This document shows positions 61,471 to 64,000 of a DNA stretch of 64,000 nucleotides, piece after piece (the stretch's first letter is position 1; every line of letters begins with the position of its first letter). The notes beneath the pieces were generated by a model. It saw only the letters and a list, made by a program, of their open reading frames with translations, searched no databases and was not told where the DNA came from. Source of the DNA: Chiloscyllium plagiosum (lineage: Eukaryota); NCBI RefSeq assembly GCF_004010195.1, contig NC_057720.1, positions 21,363,882 through 21,427,881 on the forward strand, written 5' to 3'. The position numbers and the translations under genes were made by a program.

Positions 61471-62221
61471 ATTGAATTAAAGGGGGTAAAGCTATACATA
61501 ATCAGAGTAATATGGCAATTAAATTATTTATTAATATGAAATTGTCCCTCAGGCCCTCAGGGTAGAAAGCTATTACTCTGTGCATTGCCCAGTCAAAAAC
61601 TACCTTTCAAGAATTTCACTATATTGTTGTTAAAGCTCATTTTATTCAGACAGCCTTCTTTTCAGCAGGAGTGATCATTTTTGTTTGTGTACTACAGCTC
61701 CTTGGTGTGAGTGTTATTCACAAGAATGTTAGAAATTGTGCAGTAGATTTATTGAACAATAATCTGCAGTTGGTTACTAGGAAAGTCAACAACTGGAGTT
61801 CACTTCAGAGGGAGCAATAAATACATGTGGGTGATTTAACCTCATTCTGTTCAGATGTTTCAAATTGCTGTTTATAAAACCTGCAATGTTATAAAACAGA
61901 ATAAAATATGTGAAATGATTTTAAGAATTATGGTACAGTTTATAGTAAGATTAGCTTCAATTTTAATACTCCTCACAATGCAGTCTCAACGTCTTGATCC
62001 GATTACAGCTTTTTATGTCCTTATATATCTATTGTAGTGTTCTGAAAAATAAACAAATGGGAATAGAACCGCACATGAAATAGATGAGACAAGCAGGATG
62101 CTGTGCTGGAGAACAGTGGGAGTCTCGATTATTCACCATATCCACCGCAGACGTCGTCAAGACCTTACTGCATGTTTTTTTGTCCTTTTCTGTACAGACA
62201 ATACTGAGTAGTAAGTGAGAT

Positions 62222-62560
62222 GACAGGGTCATAGCAGTGTCAATAGTAATCCAGCAACCCAGGCTAATGCTGAGAGAGCATGGAGTCAAATTCAACCATG
62301 ACAACTGAATAAAAAGTGGAATTGAATGCTCACCTTAGTAATGATGAAACTGTCATCAATTGCCATAAAATCCACCTAGTTTGCAAATCCTCTTTAGAGA
62401 AGGAAATCTGCCATCCTTTTCTGGTCTGTCCTACATTTGACTCCAGAGGTATTGCGGCTGTCTCTTAACTGCCTTCCAAAATGGCCTAGCCAGCCTTCAG
62501 TTAAAGGGAAGTTAAAGTTGGCCGGGAAGTTGACACCCACATAGTATCAAAGAATGAAAG
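62222..62560 (+). mobile_element. SINE family B, diverged
   Basis: AGGAAATCTGCCATCCTT..TGGTCTG..TGACTCCAGA..CTCTTAACTGCC core. Confidence 0.7.
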
Positions 62561-63363
62561 AAAGCCTGTTTGATCATAAAATGATGTCAACATAACCTAA
62601 AAGAATCAAGTATCTGAGTACCTAAGTTTTACAAGTATGTAGTGGTGGTACATAAGGCATTCACATATTACAAAAGCCCTGATAAGTGAATGTAAAGAAT
62701 AATATCCTTAAGGTAAATAATTTCAAACTTTTTTTGAAAGATGTAACATTAGGACAAGCATAACAGCACCAAAGGATCAGTATCAAATCAGAAGGTATAA
62801 CATCCTTCGGGTGATGTTGCAGCAGAGATAATAGGAGCAGAATAAAGAACAGGAGCAGAAATAGACCAATCAGCACTTTGAGCCCGATTCACCTGACAAT
62901 AAGACCATGGCTGAATTGATGTGGCTCTAACTCCATTTTCATACTGACGCCAATAATCCCTTGATTCCTTTATCAATCAAAAAACTTACAGATTTAACAT
63001 TAATTCCAGCATCGATTCAAAGTGACAGCAGAATTGATAAAACTAGAAAAAGAAAGCATGTGTCGGATAGCTTTCCAGCCTGAGAGAATGTATCGGTGAA
63101 AAATCAAAAGTTTGCAGGTCTCATATTGTCATAAGCTAAAGATAACTATTAAACCTGATGTACTGTTGACTTCTAAAAATTCAATGAAATATATGGTGAG
63201 CCAAGGTATGGGAGACAGATGCTGCTGCCTTATAATTTCCTTTCCTTTGAATTATACAAGGTCAACCAAAATACACAATTAAGCATACTATTTCTAAATT
63301 TGGACTTTAAAAAGACATTGCTTTTGTTTAAGAAATGAACTCTTTACAACTAAACCCAAGCAC

Positions 63364-63676
63364 GGATGGCTTTGGAGCTCACTGGTTGGCACTGCTGCCT
63401 CACAGCACCAGGGAGCCAGGTTCGATTCCAGCCTCGGGTGACTGTGTGGAGTTTGCACATTCTCCCTGTGTCTGTGTGGGTTTCCTCCGGGTGCTCCGGT
63501 TTCCACACACAGCCCAAAGATGTGCAGGTCAGGTGGATTGCCCAGGGGTGTGCAGGCGAGGTAGATTAGCCATGGGAAATGCAGGGTTATAGGGAATAGA
63601 TGTGGATCTGGATGGGATGTTCTTTGGAGGGTCAGTATGGGCCAAATGGCCTGCTTCCACACTGTGGGGATTCTAA
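63364..63676 (+). mobile_element. HE1-type V-SINE
   Basis: GGTTCGATTCC B box, GTGTGGAGTTTGCACATTCTCCC core and CR1-like tail. Confidence 0.88.
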
Positions 63677-63749
63677 GCGGATAACATGCCTCCTTTTGTC
63701 TGCACTTCCATGGAATAGCATCAGTGTTAAGGATTATTTGTTATTTAAA

Positions 63750-63962
63750 TTCACTCATGGAATGTAGGTGTTACTGGTTGGGCCATCTTTATTACTAATC
63801 CCCAGTTGCCCTTGAGAAGGTGCTGGTGAGCTGCCTTCTTAAACTGCTGTAGGTAAACTCACATTGCCATTTGGGAGGGAATTAAAGGAATTTAACCCCG
63901 CAACACGAAAGGACAGTAATATATTTCCAAGTCAGGATGGTGAGTGGCTTGGAAGGGAACTT
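63750..63962 (-). mobile_element. 3' end of a second LINE (CR1/L2 group) sharing its tail with SINE family B
   Basis: Antisense encodes FPSKPLTILTWKY..NSLP..FKKAAHQHLLKG. The tail aligns with the family B tail at 12175-12245. Confidence 0.7.
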
Positions 63963-64000
63963 TCATGTTGTAAAAACAGAAGTTGCTGGAAAAGCTCAGC

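Overview
AT-rich, repeat-dense vertebrate genomic DNA, almost certainly a cartilaginous fish (shark), because it carries about 11 HE1-type V-SINEs and their partner CR1 (HER1-like) LINEs. No intact host gene could be identified, so this looks like a large intron or intergenic region. The ORF-track hits are broken transposon proteins (CR1 ORF1/ORF2, Penelope RT and GIY-YIG endonuclease, Harbinger DDE transposase) or chance ORFs. Also present: a second tRNA-headed SINE family with its own partner LINE, L2-like fragments, a clean solo LTR, a possible LF-SINE-like relic and unique stretches resembling conserved non-coding elements. The most striking signal is a population of short Penelope-derived insertions. 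Each carries a minimal type-I hammerhead ribozyme motif (CUGANGA-A-stem II-GAA-palindromic tetramer-H), in at least three sequence lineages that keep the pairing. Many are flanked by 10-17 bp target-site duplications (TSDs) and have inverted 5' duplications. Other highlights are a three-level nested insertion containing an internally deleted CR1 with ORF1 fused in frame to RT, and a 144-bp local duplication overlapping a candidate 27-nt microexon. Family names come from recalled consensus features, not database searches, and boundaries of old elements are approximate.
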